A DNA stretch of 57,305 bases, filler included, from Squatina squatina (taxonomy: Eukaryota), in NCBI GenBank assembly GCA_031763465.1. It is 3 parts of 3 records of this genome, joined end to end, with 100 filler letters (N's around TTAATTAATTAA, not from the genome) between each part and the next. Parts side by side here need not be neighbours in the genome. Positions count along the whole stretch, not along the records: positions 1 to 26,281 come from JARFOE010000073.1; 2 more parts are not named here. The stretch is one strand, 5' to 3'. Position numbers and translations under genes: made by a program. Positions 1 to 11,371 of this stretch are shown here, in pieces; within the stretch, counting starts at the first letter, position 1, and each line of letters starts with the position of its first letter. The notes beneath the pieces are model-generated. The model was not told where the DNA came from. It saw nothing but the letters and a program-made list of their open reading frames with translations, and searched no databases.

Positions 1-35
1 AATTTATCTGCCAGCCTTTATGCACCTTGGAAGTA

Positions 36-150
36 AAAAAGAAAGAAGTTGCATTTTCCATTGTGCCATTCACAACCTCAGAGCGTCCCAAAGCACTTTA
101 CAGCCAAAGAAGTACTTTTGAAGTGTAGTCACTGTTGTTATGCATTGAGA
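36..150 (-). mobile_element. SINE 3' fragment (DeuSINE/SacSINE1-like)
   Basis: Shares 'cccaaagcactttacagcca..gaagtacttttgaagtgtagtcactgttgt' with the copy at 5896-6174 and, reverse-complemented, with the tail at 22654-22782. Confidence 0.7.
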
Positions 151-636
151 GAAGGAATGATTCTCTTGACGCCCAGCGCAGTTCATCATATTTACAGCCT
201 CTGATAGATAACAGGCACACCCGGGTCCAACTTGTACAACTTGACCAGAAACATTATAAATCAGTTTAGTCCAATTATTTTTTACATCAGACCCTCTTCT
301 GAAACAGAAATTCATCTCTATTGACTCAGCTGCAAAACAATGATATGATACAGAAGCTGATGTGTGAAATATTAACAGTGATAGCTATAAAATAGAACCG
401 AGGGAGATTGAAGTGCCTACATCGATCAGTTTTGTGCCACCGGTTATTTATGTTGAATGACACTTATAGGAACCACATAGTGCTCCAATGATCACCGAGG
501 ATAATCTGTTCTTTGAATGGCACATTGGCTCCAGTCCTTTATTGGACAAAAGGAAAACCCCTCTGTCAACTGTTATGCACTCAGTCCAGTTTAAACATTG
601 GGCACCGAAGGGCACAAAGGTATGTTGAATTCTTAC

Positions 637-770
637 CTGCAGAACAATCGCTGGAACTGAAAATATCATGGCTTCATTGAAAACAGGATTGGGATCATCT
701 CTCTTTATCGCCGTCTTTTTCTTACTTATTTTCCTCGTATCTTGAAGTAGATAAACTTTCACAAATGGAT
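637..770 (-). CDS. SYT12: Synaptotagmin-12, C2B-domain exon (134 nt)
   Basis: Translates (D)PFVKVYLLQDTRKISKKKTAIKRDDPNPVFNEAMIFSVPAIVLQ, near-identical to SYT12 C2B as I recall it; ctgaacag acceptor and gtaag donor on minus strand. Confidence 0.9.
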
Positions 771-2342
771 CTGTTCAGAGCCATGAAAAAGACAGCACGA
801 GACATTTAGTTGGAAATTAGAATCCATTCATCACATCTTTGCACCATTATTTTAAATATATGTGTAGCTCAATTATAGGATGTTGCTGAGCGGGAAGAAA
901 AGATTCTGGGCGGCCAATTCGGGTTTTTAAAGTTTCTAGCGCTAAGTGCTGAATTTAGTGCTGGAAATGGGACTCTGAAAATTTTCAGTGAAGCCCCCAA
1001 TTAGCCACTTTACAATTTNNNNNNNNNNNNNNNNNNNNNNNNNNNNNNNNNNNNNNNNNNNNNNNNNNNNNNNNNNNNNNNNNNNNNNNNNNNNNNNNNN
1101 NNNNNNNNNNNNNNNNNNAAACAGAATGTTTTTTCTACATTTGAAATGATGTTATATTAAACTGACATAATATAAGGATAGTGCAGATGTCCAGCTTTAT
1201 TGGGATATATTTAAAATTGTAATCTAGAAATATTAGACATCTATGCTGAGTGCAGGGTGCACACTAGAGTATTGACTAGTTGAAAATGAGGCAACTTTTG
1301 ATGAGGATGTAACGGATTTTTGCCTCTGGTGTCCAGTTGTTGTTAGGCCCCATGTCACTTGAATTTTCCATGCACCTTTGTTCTCCAGCACTTATCATCA
1401 ATCAAGTAAATTACAATAGAACTGTGTCTTAATATAATGATTAGTTTGATTAAAATTTCTAATTAACTTCAATCTGAAACACAAGCAAGCAAGAATGATA
1501 CATTAAAATTAAATGATATGTTTTAATATATAAAACCATTCATTTATTGCTGAATGTAGGACAAATTTGGTCAGAAGTTGCCTTTAAAATGTTTCGATTC
1601 GCTTTGTTTCGATTTTATCTCCATTGTGGCAGCTGAGTCTGTGAACCCTGAACTCTGGCAGAGAGGCTAAGTGGGAAATGCTATCGTGACTAAGGGCTCT
1701 GCCAATTTTGCTCTATATCCAACTGGCAAAGAGGTACTTCAGCTTGAGCCAAGCAAAAACCTTATGCCGGGTTTCACGCCTTTCTGCTGACAAGAATCCT
1801 GTCTTTGTTTGTCACAGCAACTAATAACTTGAGCAAGATCAGTGCACATCCCTGGAGAAATCAGGCAAGGCTGTGACTGGCACCAGATTGTCCCAGTCCA
1901 TGACAGTAAACTGCTGCTTGGATGCCTTGGCAACATGTCATCAAAAAAAACAGACGAAGAGCTCTGATTACATAATGAAAATGGTACAGGCCCTAATCCC
2001 TTTCTTTTTGTTCAAAATTCATGTTTTTTGATGAAATGTGCGTGCTTGTCAAGGTCAGTTCTGGGGAATGGAGCACAATTTTATCGCAGACACCCACAGT
2101 CAGATCGCAAGACTCCCAGGTCAGATTAATGATGACTAGTTATAGAATAAAGCTCCCTTTCCCTCTGTGAAAACAATCGAGCAGATTTATTCTACTTGTA
2201 CTGACATTGTAAGCCCTTTCTTCATACTGTGTTTATAATTTTNNNNNNNNNNNNNNNNNNNNNNNNNNNNNNNNNNNNNNNNNNNNNNNNNNNNNNNNNN
2301 NNNNNNNNNNNNNNNNNNNNNNNNNNNNNNNNNNNNNNNNNN

Positions 2343-2503
2343 TATCATTCTTCCTTCCAAAGTGAACAACTTCACATTTTCCCACATTATACTCCATTTG
2401 CCAACTTTTTGCCCACTCAATTAACCTATCAATATCTCTCTGTAACCTGTTTGTATCCTCCTCACAGCTTGCCTTGCCCACTCACTTTTGTATCATCCAC
2501 AAA
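2343..2503 (-). mobile_element. CR1 LINE ORF2 fragment
   Basis: CEEDTNRLQRDIDRLIEWAKSWQMEYNVGKCEVVHFGRKN is the CR1 RT C-terminal motif. Confidence 0.9.
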
Positions 2504-2859
2504 TTTCAGTATAGGTTTTTTTTTAAAGTCATTTTCAGTGATTTTAGATCAGGTTACTCACAGGTGGAGGACTGGACAACCTTATTACAGATGCTTAATT
2601 TTGATGATAAACCCATTTTCAGCTGTATTAATGAAATTGCACCAGGTTACCACTCTTAAATACACAATGGAATACTTCTTAATGGAAAGACACCATTACA
2701 TTCTATCACGCTTCCTGATTGCACTGGTTCATGGAAGATTTCATGCTTGTGACGATGCAAATGAATTTTAGCAGAAACTTCAAGCTGAACTTAACTAGCG
2801 CAATTTCAGTGGTGCACCACACTGAATAGCCACTCACCTGGCGGTGTCCCTTAAGAGTT

Positions 2860-3030
2860 GGTCCAGACTGGAGGGGTTAGTCATGAGATAAATGAGAAGG
2901 AATTGGCCTTCTACTCAAACCTACACAAGAATTATTGCAGGATAGACTACTTCTTCCTGAAGCAATCCCACCCAGCCTGAGTCACATAGAGCCAACAACC
3001 ATTTCGGACCATACTCAATTATGCTCCAGT
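2860..3030 (+). mobile_element. Old L1-clade APE endonuclease remnant
   Basis: EKELAFYSNLHKNYCRIDYFFL then (frameshift) HIEPTTISDHTQL resemble the L1 EN motifs 'YSRIDYF' and 'SDH'. Confidence 0.7.
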
Positions 3031-3121
3031 GCACGCTAAATAGTTACCCACCCACTTCAGACACTAATGCCTGAACACTGCCCTCCTTGATGACTCCTGT
3101 CTGACCTCCAGGCCAGGCTAA

Positions 3122-3725
3122 TCAATCTGTCAGCAACTGATGGGCTAGATTGACTTCTTCCACCTTGGCAAAAGGTACATTTCTCCCTATGATGGACACA
3201 ATTTTCTGAGCTGCACAAATTGGAGAATTGCCATTTACTGACTTGCAAAAGCCAATGTTTATCCATTCATGAAATTTTAAATCAAATTGATTTTCGTTAA
3301 GGGACAGCTATACAAGAAAAATGCCAAAGATGATGAATTTTAACACAGAACATTAATTGCTGTAATCACCATCTACAGTGCTAAAATGATTTTATCCATG
3401 CAAAAAAAAAATTAGGAGAGAAATTATGCAAAATTTTCCCTCAGATTAAATAGGCATGACAGGGTCCACTATAGGACAGAAACAGGCTTGATATATTTTA
3501 AGTCTTTATTCAAATTGCAGTGCCCTCCAATAAAAGATTTCCATCTGTTCCCGCTCCCCGACTGCTGGTTCTGAAGCTCCCTGAGATTAAATTCGATTGC
3601 AGATATGATTGACATGATTCCATATTCACTGCTCTCACTGTTCAATCTCCACAAGTAATTTTTATTCCCAGTGAAAATTTTTATTCCCATCTGCTGCAAC
3701 AGATTGTTCCCTCCGCCTTTGTCAT
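3122..3725 (-). pseudogene. Candidate decayed spliced gene C, unknown family
   Basis: Strong acceptor (ttttcttgtatag, 3308) followed by 61 open codons LSLNENQFDLKFHEWINIGFCKSVNGNSPICAAQKIVSIIGRNVPFAKVEEVNLAHQLLTD*; upstream frame from ATG 3725 rejoins when a 19-nt duplication (3657-3689) is removed, but contains several stops. Confidence 0.3.
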
Positions 3726-4034
3726 TTTTTTTCTTTGTTTTTACAATAGCAGTAAAAATATGTCCAACAAACGTGACTGCAGCAAAAAAAAACAAAGGTC
3801 GCAGGTTATTTATAAATGTTTAATAAGATTTATGAGCAATACCATAAAACTGATGTGAAATGCTGGTTAATTATTGAAAGCTTGTTTTGTGATTAAGTGC
3901 TTTGCCCAACATAAGGGTTTTTTTGTGGATCCATTTAGGAGACTACACTGTAATCAGCTGCTCCGTTTTGCCTTGCTGCTGTAAAGATGGCAGTTCCCTT
4001 TAAACAACTTCAACTCATTCTTGTTGCCATATTA

Positions 4035-4253
4035 GAATGTGGAACTCTCTACCACAATGAGTAGTTGAGACAAATAGTATAGATGCATTTAAGGGGAGGC
4101 GATATAAGCATATGAGGGGGAAGGGAATAAAGTGTTATGCTGACAGAGTTAGATGAGAAAAGACTGGGGAGGCTTGAGTGGAGCATAAACACCGCACAGA
4201 CTGATTTGTCCGAATAGCTTGTTTCTGTGCTGCATATCCTATTAAATCCTATG
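4035..4253 (+). mobile_element. CR1 LINE 3' end
   Basis: 'gaatgtggaactctctacca...gcatttaaggggagg...gtttctgtgctgcatatcctat', matching other CR1 3' ends in the window (e.g. 33530-33635). Confidence 0.8.
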
Positions 4254-4586
4254 TCAGCATGTGTGGCAGAAGTATACAGTTCTAGGGAATTCCTAATATA
4301 TGCTTTGTTCTGTCTCACCACTACACCTTCTGAAAAAAATGCCTTTTAAATTTTGTGTTTCTGCATTGCTTGGTTAAATATGTGACTGTAATCCTCAGTA
4401 ATTTACCCTAATGAAATCCAAGTGGACGATGTAAAATGTGAACCTGGCAGCAAATCCCACTGAATGATCCTGGGATGACCGACTGTAGGGGATCATGAGA
4501 TATTTCAAAGGCAACTCATGTGATTAACTTTTAACATGTCGCTACTTACTTACACAAAGAATCAATATATGAGCACATCAAGTACA

Positions 4587-5287
4587 ACAACAACAACTTG
4601 TATATATGTAGCAGCTTTACGTAGTAAAACACCCTGAGGTGCTTCACAGGAGTGTTATCGAAGAAAATTTGACACCGAGCCACATAAGGAGATATGAGGT
4701 CAGGTGGTCAAAAAGGTAGGCTTTAAGAAGCGTCTTAAAGGAGGGGAGAGAGGTACAGAGATTCAGGGAGGAATTCCAGGGCTTAGGGCTTTGGCAGTTG
4801 AAGGCACCAATGGTGGAGTGATAAAAATCAGTTTTGTACAAAAGGCCAGACTTGTAGAAGCGCAGGTATGACGGAGGATTGTAGGGCTGAAGGAAGATAA
4901 GAGATAGAAAATAGGTGCAGGAGTAGGCCATTTGGCCCTTCGAGCCTAGGAAGGAAAGGGTGAGGCCATGGAGGGATTTGAAAACAACGATGAGAATTTT
5001 AAAATTGTGGTGTTACTTAACCGGGAGCCAATGTAGCTCTGCAAGAACAGGGGTAATGGGTGAGTGGGACTTGGTGCGAGTTAGAACACAGGTAGCAGTG
5101 TTTTGAATGAGTGCAAGTTTATGGAAGGTGGAAGATGGGAGGTCGGCCAGGAGCACATTGGAATCGTCAAGTCTGGAAGCCACAAAAGACATGGATGAGG
5201 GTTTCAGCAGCAGAAGAGCTGAGGCAGGAGCAGAGTCGGGCGAGGTTACGGAGGTGGAAACAGTCTTAGTGATGGCGTGGATATATA
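4587..5287 (-). mobile_element. L2 LINE 3' fragment with (GTT)n tail
   Basis: FVASRLDDSNVLLADLPSSTFHKLALIQNTATCVLTRTKSHSPITPVLAELHWLPVK is the L2 ORF2 C-terminus. Confidence 0.88.
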
Positions 5288-5895
5288 GCAAACCATTTCC
5301 ACTATTTTGCTCCTTCAAATTGTGTTTTTTACGAATTGACCTCTGTATATATTCCAGAGAAACATGTGCTGAGCACAGGTATGATATGGAAATTGTTTAA
5401 TAATAATCGTTACTGTGTTATTTAGAGTATTTTTTAAACCTGTATTTTAACAGATGGTGCCATGCAAGCAATACATTATCACTCTCCAATTTCTGAACAC
5501 TGGATCCAAATGCACTTCACAGTTGTCATTGGCACGTAATCTACACTTCTGATGGTTTAAATTCTTCAGTAAACCCCGATTTATGTAAATCATTGGACAA
5601 GCAGTACTTGCCAGCAGTCTGATGATGATTGAAAAGATTCCTAAAATGCAATTTAGGACTGATATCCACTGGTTTACTGTGTTATCATGTACTGTGCTGT
5701 AATTCACAATGTGACCATTATTGTTTTGTGTCTTTCCACTATATTATTTCATATTCTGGCATTTTCGTAATCAATTCTGACTTTCCTGTAGTCTGGTTAG
5801 TTAATTAGTTGGGATTAGAAAGTGGTAATTGAGAAAATTTATGAATGTTTCCAGAGAAATGTCCATGGTAAATATCGGGAAGATTNNNNNNNNNN

Positions 5896-6174
5896 ATAAA
5901 GAATTGCATTTATATAGCACCTTTCACAACATCCCAAAGTGCTTACAGCCAATGAAGTACTTTTGAAGTGTAGTTACTGTTGTAATGTAAGAAACGCATC
6001 AGTCAATTTGCGCACAGCAAGCTCCCACAAACAGCAATGTGATAATGACCAGATAATCTGTTTTGGTTGTGTTATTGAGGGTTAAATATTGGCCAGGATA
6101 CTGGGGATAGCTCCCCTGCTCTTCTTAGAAGTAGCGCCGAGGATCTTTCACATCCATCTGAGAAAGCAGACAGG
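5896..6174 (-). mobile_element. tRNA-derived SINE (DeuSINE/SacSINE1-like)
   Basis: Reverse complement resembles the body and tail of the SINE at 22055-22782. Confidence 0.8.
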
Positions 6175-6274
6175 NNNNNNNNNNNNNNNNNNNNNNNNNN
6201 NNNNNNNNNNNNNNNNNNNNNNNNNNNNNNNNNNNNNNNNNNNNNNNNNNNNNNNNNNNNNNNNNNNNNNNNNN

Positions 6275-6388
6275 TTGCAGGTGACTTTCTGGATTAGACA
6301 GATAAGAATAGAACCAGGCGAGTACAGTCCCACCCCATATCATTACAGTGGAGAGGCATTGGAGGAGGATGGTGTGGTCAACCATGTT
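6275..6388 (-). mobile_element. L2 RT fragment
   Basis: FNMVDHTILLQCL...GTVLAWFYSYLSN is the RT 'AFDTVDH..LL / LxWFxSYLS' motif. Confidence 0.8.
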
Positions 6389-7088
6389 AAAAACATTCTT
6401 GGAGCCTGTGAAATAAATTAATTTGAATTTGATCTCTGCTGGCAAACTCACAAAAACTGTAATCAGTTAAAACATTGCTACATTTCGCAGCATAACAAAT
6501 GCTAATACAAAAATACATTGAAAACATGGTCTTGCATTCAATCTCAGATAAGTACTTGGCATACAAGAGTAGGATGAGACAGTGTCTTTGTGTGTCATAG
6601 TTTTTGCGCTTATAGGGTGTGAGTTGACAGTGGAGGAAATGAAAGGACTTTCAGGTTTGAGAACAAACTGATGACTTGAGCAACACAGTGTGACAGAACA
6701 TCATTATTCACTCAATGCCCTGGATTTCAATCCAACTCATCCAGAATGTTTTCTGACAGTTAAAAATCTCAGGAGAAATGTGTTTTCATCCAGTCTGTAG
6801 TAAGGGAGAACATCCTTTTTGGAATGGGAAAATAGTTCGGCTCAATCCGAACCCAGCCAAATCAAGCGCAGTGGACATAAAACTGGCCTTCCCTGATTTA
6901 AAAAAAAGGCCATCTTCTCCTGCAGTGACAGAAGGAGATTTTAGCTCATCTCATTCATCTATATTGTTAAAAGTTTTGTGTGGTAGGGNNNNNNNNNNNN
7001 NNNNNNNNNNNNNNNNNNNNNNNNNNNNNNNNNNNNNNNNNNNNNNNNNNNNNNNNNNNNNNNNNNNNNNNNNNNNNNNNNNNNNNNN

Positions 7089-7434
7089 GGGGGAGGGGAA
7101 GAAAGAGCAAATGGGAAGGTCTGTGATAGGGTGGAAGGTAGGAGATACTGAGAGACATTAAGAGATGGTGCAAGGTAAAAGGAGGTAATAATGGGCAAGA
7201 TAAGAAATAAAAGATGAGTCTAGCTGGGGAATGAGCATCTGCCACGGTGGGGAGCGGGGGTGGTGGGGGAGAAACAAAACCAGAAATTACCTAAATAAAT
7301 AAAAAAGATAAGGAGGCGAGGTAATGGTTTGAAATTGTTGAACTCAATGTTGAGTCCGGAAGGCTGCAAAGTGTCTAAACGAAAGATGAGGTGCTGTTCC
7401 TCGAGCTTACATTGAGCTTCATTGGAACAGTGTA
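7089..7434 (-). mobile_element. Penelope-like element 3' fragment
   Basis: Minus strand reads HCSNEAQCKLEEQHLIFRLDTLQPSGLNIEFNNF, the C-terminus of the Penelope GIY-YIG endonuclease. Confidence 0.85.
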
Positions 7435-8629
7435 ATGTGCTGTATCATTCCATGAACTGATGCTCCAGTAAAATTCTCATATATTTAATTAAATACATTT
7501 CAAAAAGTGTACTCCAAATTGTTAATTTTTTAAACCTTTTCTTGAAGGGAAGAATGGCTTCCTGAAGTGAAGATGACACAAAAATGCATCACAATCAACC
7601 TGTACTATTAATGTGGTGGTGTGAACCTGCAAGATGCGTCACCAAAAAACATTTTTTTGCACATAGTTGACAGAATTATGATGATGGCACAAGTAATGTA
7701 GATTAAGCATGAGTCACCAAGGTAAAAAAGTGACTCAATATGGAATTTTATGGAGTTCCAAGATAAGGATCACTTGCTATGGAATTCCTGTTTACTTAGC
7801 AGGATTAGGAGCTATCTAACTAGGAATCTTTTGTTTATTCGGTTTATGCCTTGAGCTCCTGTTTGCTTGGCAGGGTAAACGTTTCTCATTATGTAATTGT
7901 ATGGAGTTTCCATGTACTCAACAGAATAAAGATTACTTGCTGTGCTTGCTCTGCAGGAGAAGGGTTATTCATTGTAGAGTTCACATTTATTTACCAGTGT
8001 TTAATGGAACAAGCACCGTTAGTGTGGAGGCAGTGTATATCGTAACACACACTTGCACCATATAGAGGGAGGAAGTGGGGCATTAGAGTGCAATCAGCCA
8101 CCAATTGCTAAGGTAGACAGTGTAGAACTCAGCAGGTTCCGACTGCAGAAAGAATCTCGGAGATTAAACGGAATCATTAAGAAATAAATTGGCTGCTGTC
8201 ATTGATCAGCAATATCTACTTTCGTGTTGTAGACCTGGGGTCAAATTACTTTACAGCGATTGTTGGCAGTGCACAATCTGAGCAGACTTGCAACACTGAA
8301 TTGCTGCATTTTTATACTCGATCTGGGACTCTTGTGCACTCTGATGTCTTTACAGTTGACCTGAGAACAGTCTTCCTCCTCAATTTGTACTGTTCTGTCT
8401 ATATGGCTGATCTGGGACCACATATCTTGATGTATTTTTCTCCCCTCTCCTTCTGCTTCTTCCCCCACCTCCAACTGTCACACGGGTTCAGATATAATTC
8501 ACCTGACTGTTCTTTTCCAAAAGATTTTTTTTTGTGAGAGCTTAGTTCCTCAGACAATCAGAAATATCCTGGACTGGAAATGTTTGCCACAGAGCTATCA
8601 AAAATGGATTCCATTTTGAGTTTTGGGAG

Positions 8630-8975
8630 GGCACCACAGTCCAATTTTGGTAGCGTTGGAGTAGGGACCCAGAGGCTAACAGTTTAAATCTTAGTGTGGC
8701 AAGTTGCGAAATCGAAATTGGGATAGCACCAAAAAATACTACCACGAATGTCACTGGATTGTTGTAAAAGCCCAGCTGGATCACTGATGTCCTTCAAGAA
8801 AGGGAACCTGCCATCACTGCCTAGTCTGGCCTACTTGTGACTCCATTTCCACAATGCGATTGACTCATGAGACGGCCTGGCAAAAAAAAAATGCTGCAAC
8901 CCAGAACAGTCGGCAACTTGGGATGAAGAATACACGTTGCCTTATCAGCATCACCCACATCCTGAGAACAAATTA
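8630..8975 (+). mobile_element. SINE-like interspersed repeat
   Basis: 'ttgttgtaaaagccca.ctgg.tcact.atgtcc...ctgccatc...gtctggcct...gtgactcca' recurs in reverse orientation at 36567-36755. Confidence 0.65.
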
Positions 8976-9016
8976 AAAAAAAACATCTCCAGACAAGCAT
9001 TTACAACACCCTAAAC

Positions 9017-9372
9017 AGTGTTCAAAATGATGAGGGGTTTGGATAGTGTAGATGGGGAGAAACCCTTTCCACTGGCAGGTGGGTCGACAACCAGAGGACC
9101 CAGATTTAAGATAATTGGCAAAAGAACCAGGGAGCTNNNNNNNNNNNNNNNNNNNNNNNNNNNNNNNNNNNNNNNNNNNNNNNNNNNNNNNNNNNNNNNN
9201 NNNNNNNNNNNNNNNNNNNNNNNNNNNNNNNNNNNNAGGGATCAGGGGATATGGGGAGAAAGCAGGGACAGGGTACTGAAGTTGGAAGATCAGCCATGAT
9301 CTCATTGAATGGCACAGTGGGCTTGAAGGGCCGAATGGCCTACTCCTGCTCCTAAGTTCTATGTTTCTATGT
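9017..9372 (+). mobile_element. CR1 LINE 3' end (gapped)
   Basis: FKMMRGLDSVDGEKPFPLAGGSTTRG plus CR1 3' UTR ending ttctatgtttctatg. Confidence 0.88.
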
Positions 9373-9530
9373 TTTTTATATATTTACCTTGGGCTGAAGG
9401 ACCAAATTATAACAAAAGACTCATAAACTTGGGTTATATTCCATGAGGTTAATATTAATACTGAAGGGAATTAACCAGGTAAGAAGGGAACAATTCTTCC
9501 CTCTTGTAAGGGAGGTCAGGACAAGGAGTG

Positions 9531-9700
9531 GGGGTAGATTTACAGCTTCACTGGGGCGGTAATCTCGTGGAGTGGATTCCCTCACCTGTTATAGAAGCTG
9601 GCTGATTTTCTGTTGATTTCAATGTAATGAAAGTCAGGCGAGTTCTATAAAAGCCGGGCAATCTGCTCCACCAGGTTACTGCCCAGGAGGTGAAGAGAAT
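9531..9700. mobile_element. Palindromic MITE-like element inserted in an old CR1 3' fragment (~9452-9915)
   Basis: Arms cttcac..gggcggtaatctcgtggagtggatt..ttatagaa and ttctataaaagccgggcaatctgctccaccaggttactgccc..gtgaag are reverse complements; related to 11372-11540. Confidence 0.7.
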
Positions 9701-9920
9701 CCAGGACACATTCTTCATATGATGGGTTGTGATAGAGAGGAACACACTGAGCCAGAAGTTTGTTGGTGCAGAATGAATTGGGAGATTTAAAAGGGAGATA
9801 TGGGTAATAAAAGAATCAGAGGAAGGGTGGTGAATTGGAATTAGAAAGATAAAGCTGCCGCGGTTAACGCAATGACGGAACTGGCTCAATGGATTGAATG
9901 GCCTGTCCTGTGACTCCATC

Positions 9921-10432
9921 ACTGGGATATGATTCTCTAAATTGTCAGACTGCTTGTCCAACATCCAGTACTGGATGAGCAGACAATCCCTCCAAATCAA
10001 TATTGGGAAGATCGAAGCCATTGACTTCGGTCCCCGCCACAAACTCCATTCCCTAGACACCGACTCCATCCCTCTCCCTGGCAACTGTCCAAGGCTGAAC
10101 CAGACTGTTTGAAACCTTGGTGTGTTATTTGGCCCAGAAATGAGCTTCCAATCACATATCCGCACCATCACTAAGACCGCCTATTTCCACCTCCACAACA
10201 TGACCCAACTCCGACCCTGCCTCAGCTCATCCATGTCTTTGTTACCTCTAGACTTAACTATTCCAATTCACTCCTGACCAGCCACTTACGTTCTGCCCTC
10301 TGTAGACTTGAGGTTATCCAAAACTCTGATGCCCATGTCTTAACTCACACCAAGTCCTGTTCACCCATCATCCGTGTGTTCACTGACCTACATTGGCTCC
10401 TGGATAAGCAATACCTCGATTTTAAAATTCTC
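9921..10432 (+). mobile_element. L2 LINE ORF2 fragment
   Basis: Same family as 4587-5287 in the opposite orientation (gttacctctagactt...cacccatca.ccgtgtgttcactgacctacattggctcc). Confidence 0.85.
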
Positions 10433-10640
10433 CCTTGCAAACTTACAAGGTGATTGTCACCAGGCTCTGCAGGAGGAGGCGGGCATCCCAATCGAGCAGC
10501 CCATTCTTGTCGAGCATCCACACAAGCTTACTTCCAGCAGNNNNNNNNNNNNNNNNNNNNNNNNNNNNNNNNNNNNNNNNNNNNNNNNNNNNNNNNNNNN
10601 NNNNNNNNNNNNNNNNNNNNNNNNNNNNNNNNNNNNNNNN

Positions 10641-10846
10641 TTGAATATATTCAATGACTTGGCCTCCACAGCCTTCTGTGGTAGAGAATTCCACAGGTTC
10701 ACCACCCTCTGAGTGAATAAATTTCTCCTCATCTCAGTCCTAAATGGCCTACCCCTGATTGTGAGACTGTGCCCCAGGTTCTAGACTCTCCAGCCAGGGG
10801 AAACAGCCTCTCAGCATTTACCCTGTCAATCCCCCTCAGACTCTTA
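10641..10846 (-). mobile_element. CR1 LINE 3' fragment
   Basis: MRRNLFTQRVVNLWNSLPQKAVEAKSLNIF. Confidence 0.9.
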
Positions 10847-11371
10847 TATGAAAACATTGCAGGTCTAGCTGGTGGGTACAGCCCAAGTGCCCTCAGGGCA
10901 CATGTACAAAAAATCAAATGGGCGCACAGTTTAAGAGCTGCAACCATGACAATGGTTCTGAGAGAAGTTCACTTGTGGTAGGTGGCACCTCCCTCAGTGG
11001 GTCAAAGTTCCTCGTGGCTTGCTACTGAGCCGCATAGATCCCAGTTCAACCAATCTCAGTCACTCTGGCAGTTGGGGCTGACAGTCAACCCCCGGGTGCA
11101 ACGCCACTCTAATGAAGCAAACTAGCTGCTGTAGGTCGCGCAAGCACTTTGGGGTAGTGATCACTCGCTCGACGGCTAGGGCGCATACCTTTCGGACGGC
11201 TGCTGATAGAATAGGTGCTTCTGCAGCCGCATTATTTCATCTCTGAGGAGACGGATTTCGGACTCCATGGTGCAGCAACGGAAATGTTCCTGGTGCAGCT
11301 GGTGCCGTAGGTCCTGCCGGTAAAAGTTTGAAAAATCCAGTAACTGATTTTTTTTGTTGCCGAGGGCGATG

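Larger units (their letters stand above)
3987..8187 (+). pseudogene. Candidate decayed multi-exon gene A (signal peptide, Cys-rich, hydrophobic C-terminal segment), unknown family
   Basis: aagATGg start; MAVPFKQLQLILVAIL continues as SACVAE after removing a CR1 insertion; short GT-AG introns 5379-5453 and 7875-7956; 113-codon frame 5455-5793 with only TGA stops; terminal TAA overlaps AATAAA (8183-8188). Frames ambiguous in places. Confidence 0.4.

Noticed and set aside
70-315. Minus ORF after a tttcag acceptor, as possible SYT12 last exon
   Set aside because: The peptide does not resemble the SYT12 C2B C-terminus and runs into a SINE.
6983-7547. In-phase splice between the donor at 6983 and the acceptor at 7547 in gene A
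   Set aside because: The matching phase hits a stop within 8 codons, and a gap lies between; not used as evidence.
9548-10171. 207-aa minus-strand ORF
   Set aside because: Chance read-through of antisense L2, antisense CR1 and a palindromic MITE.
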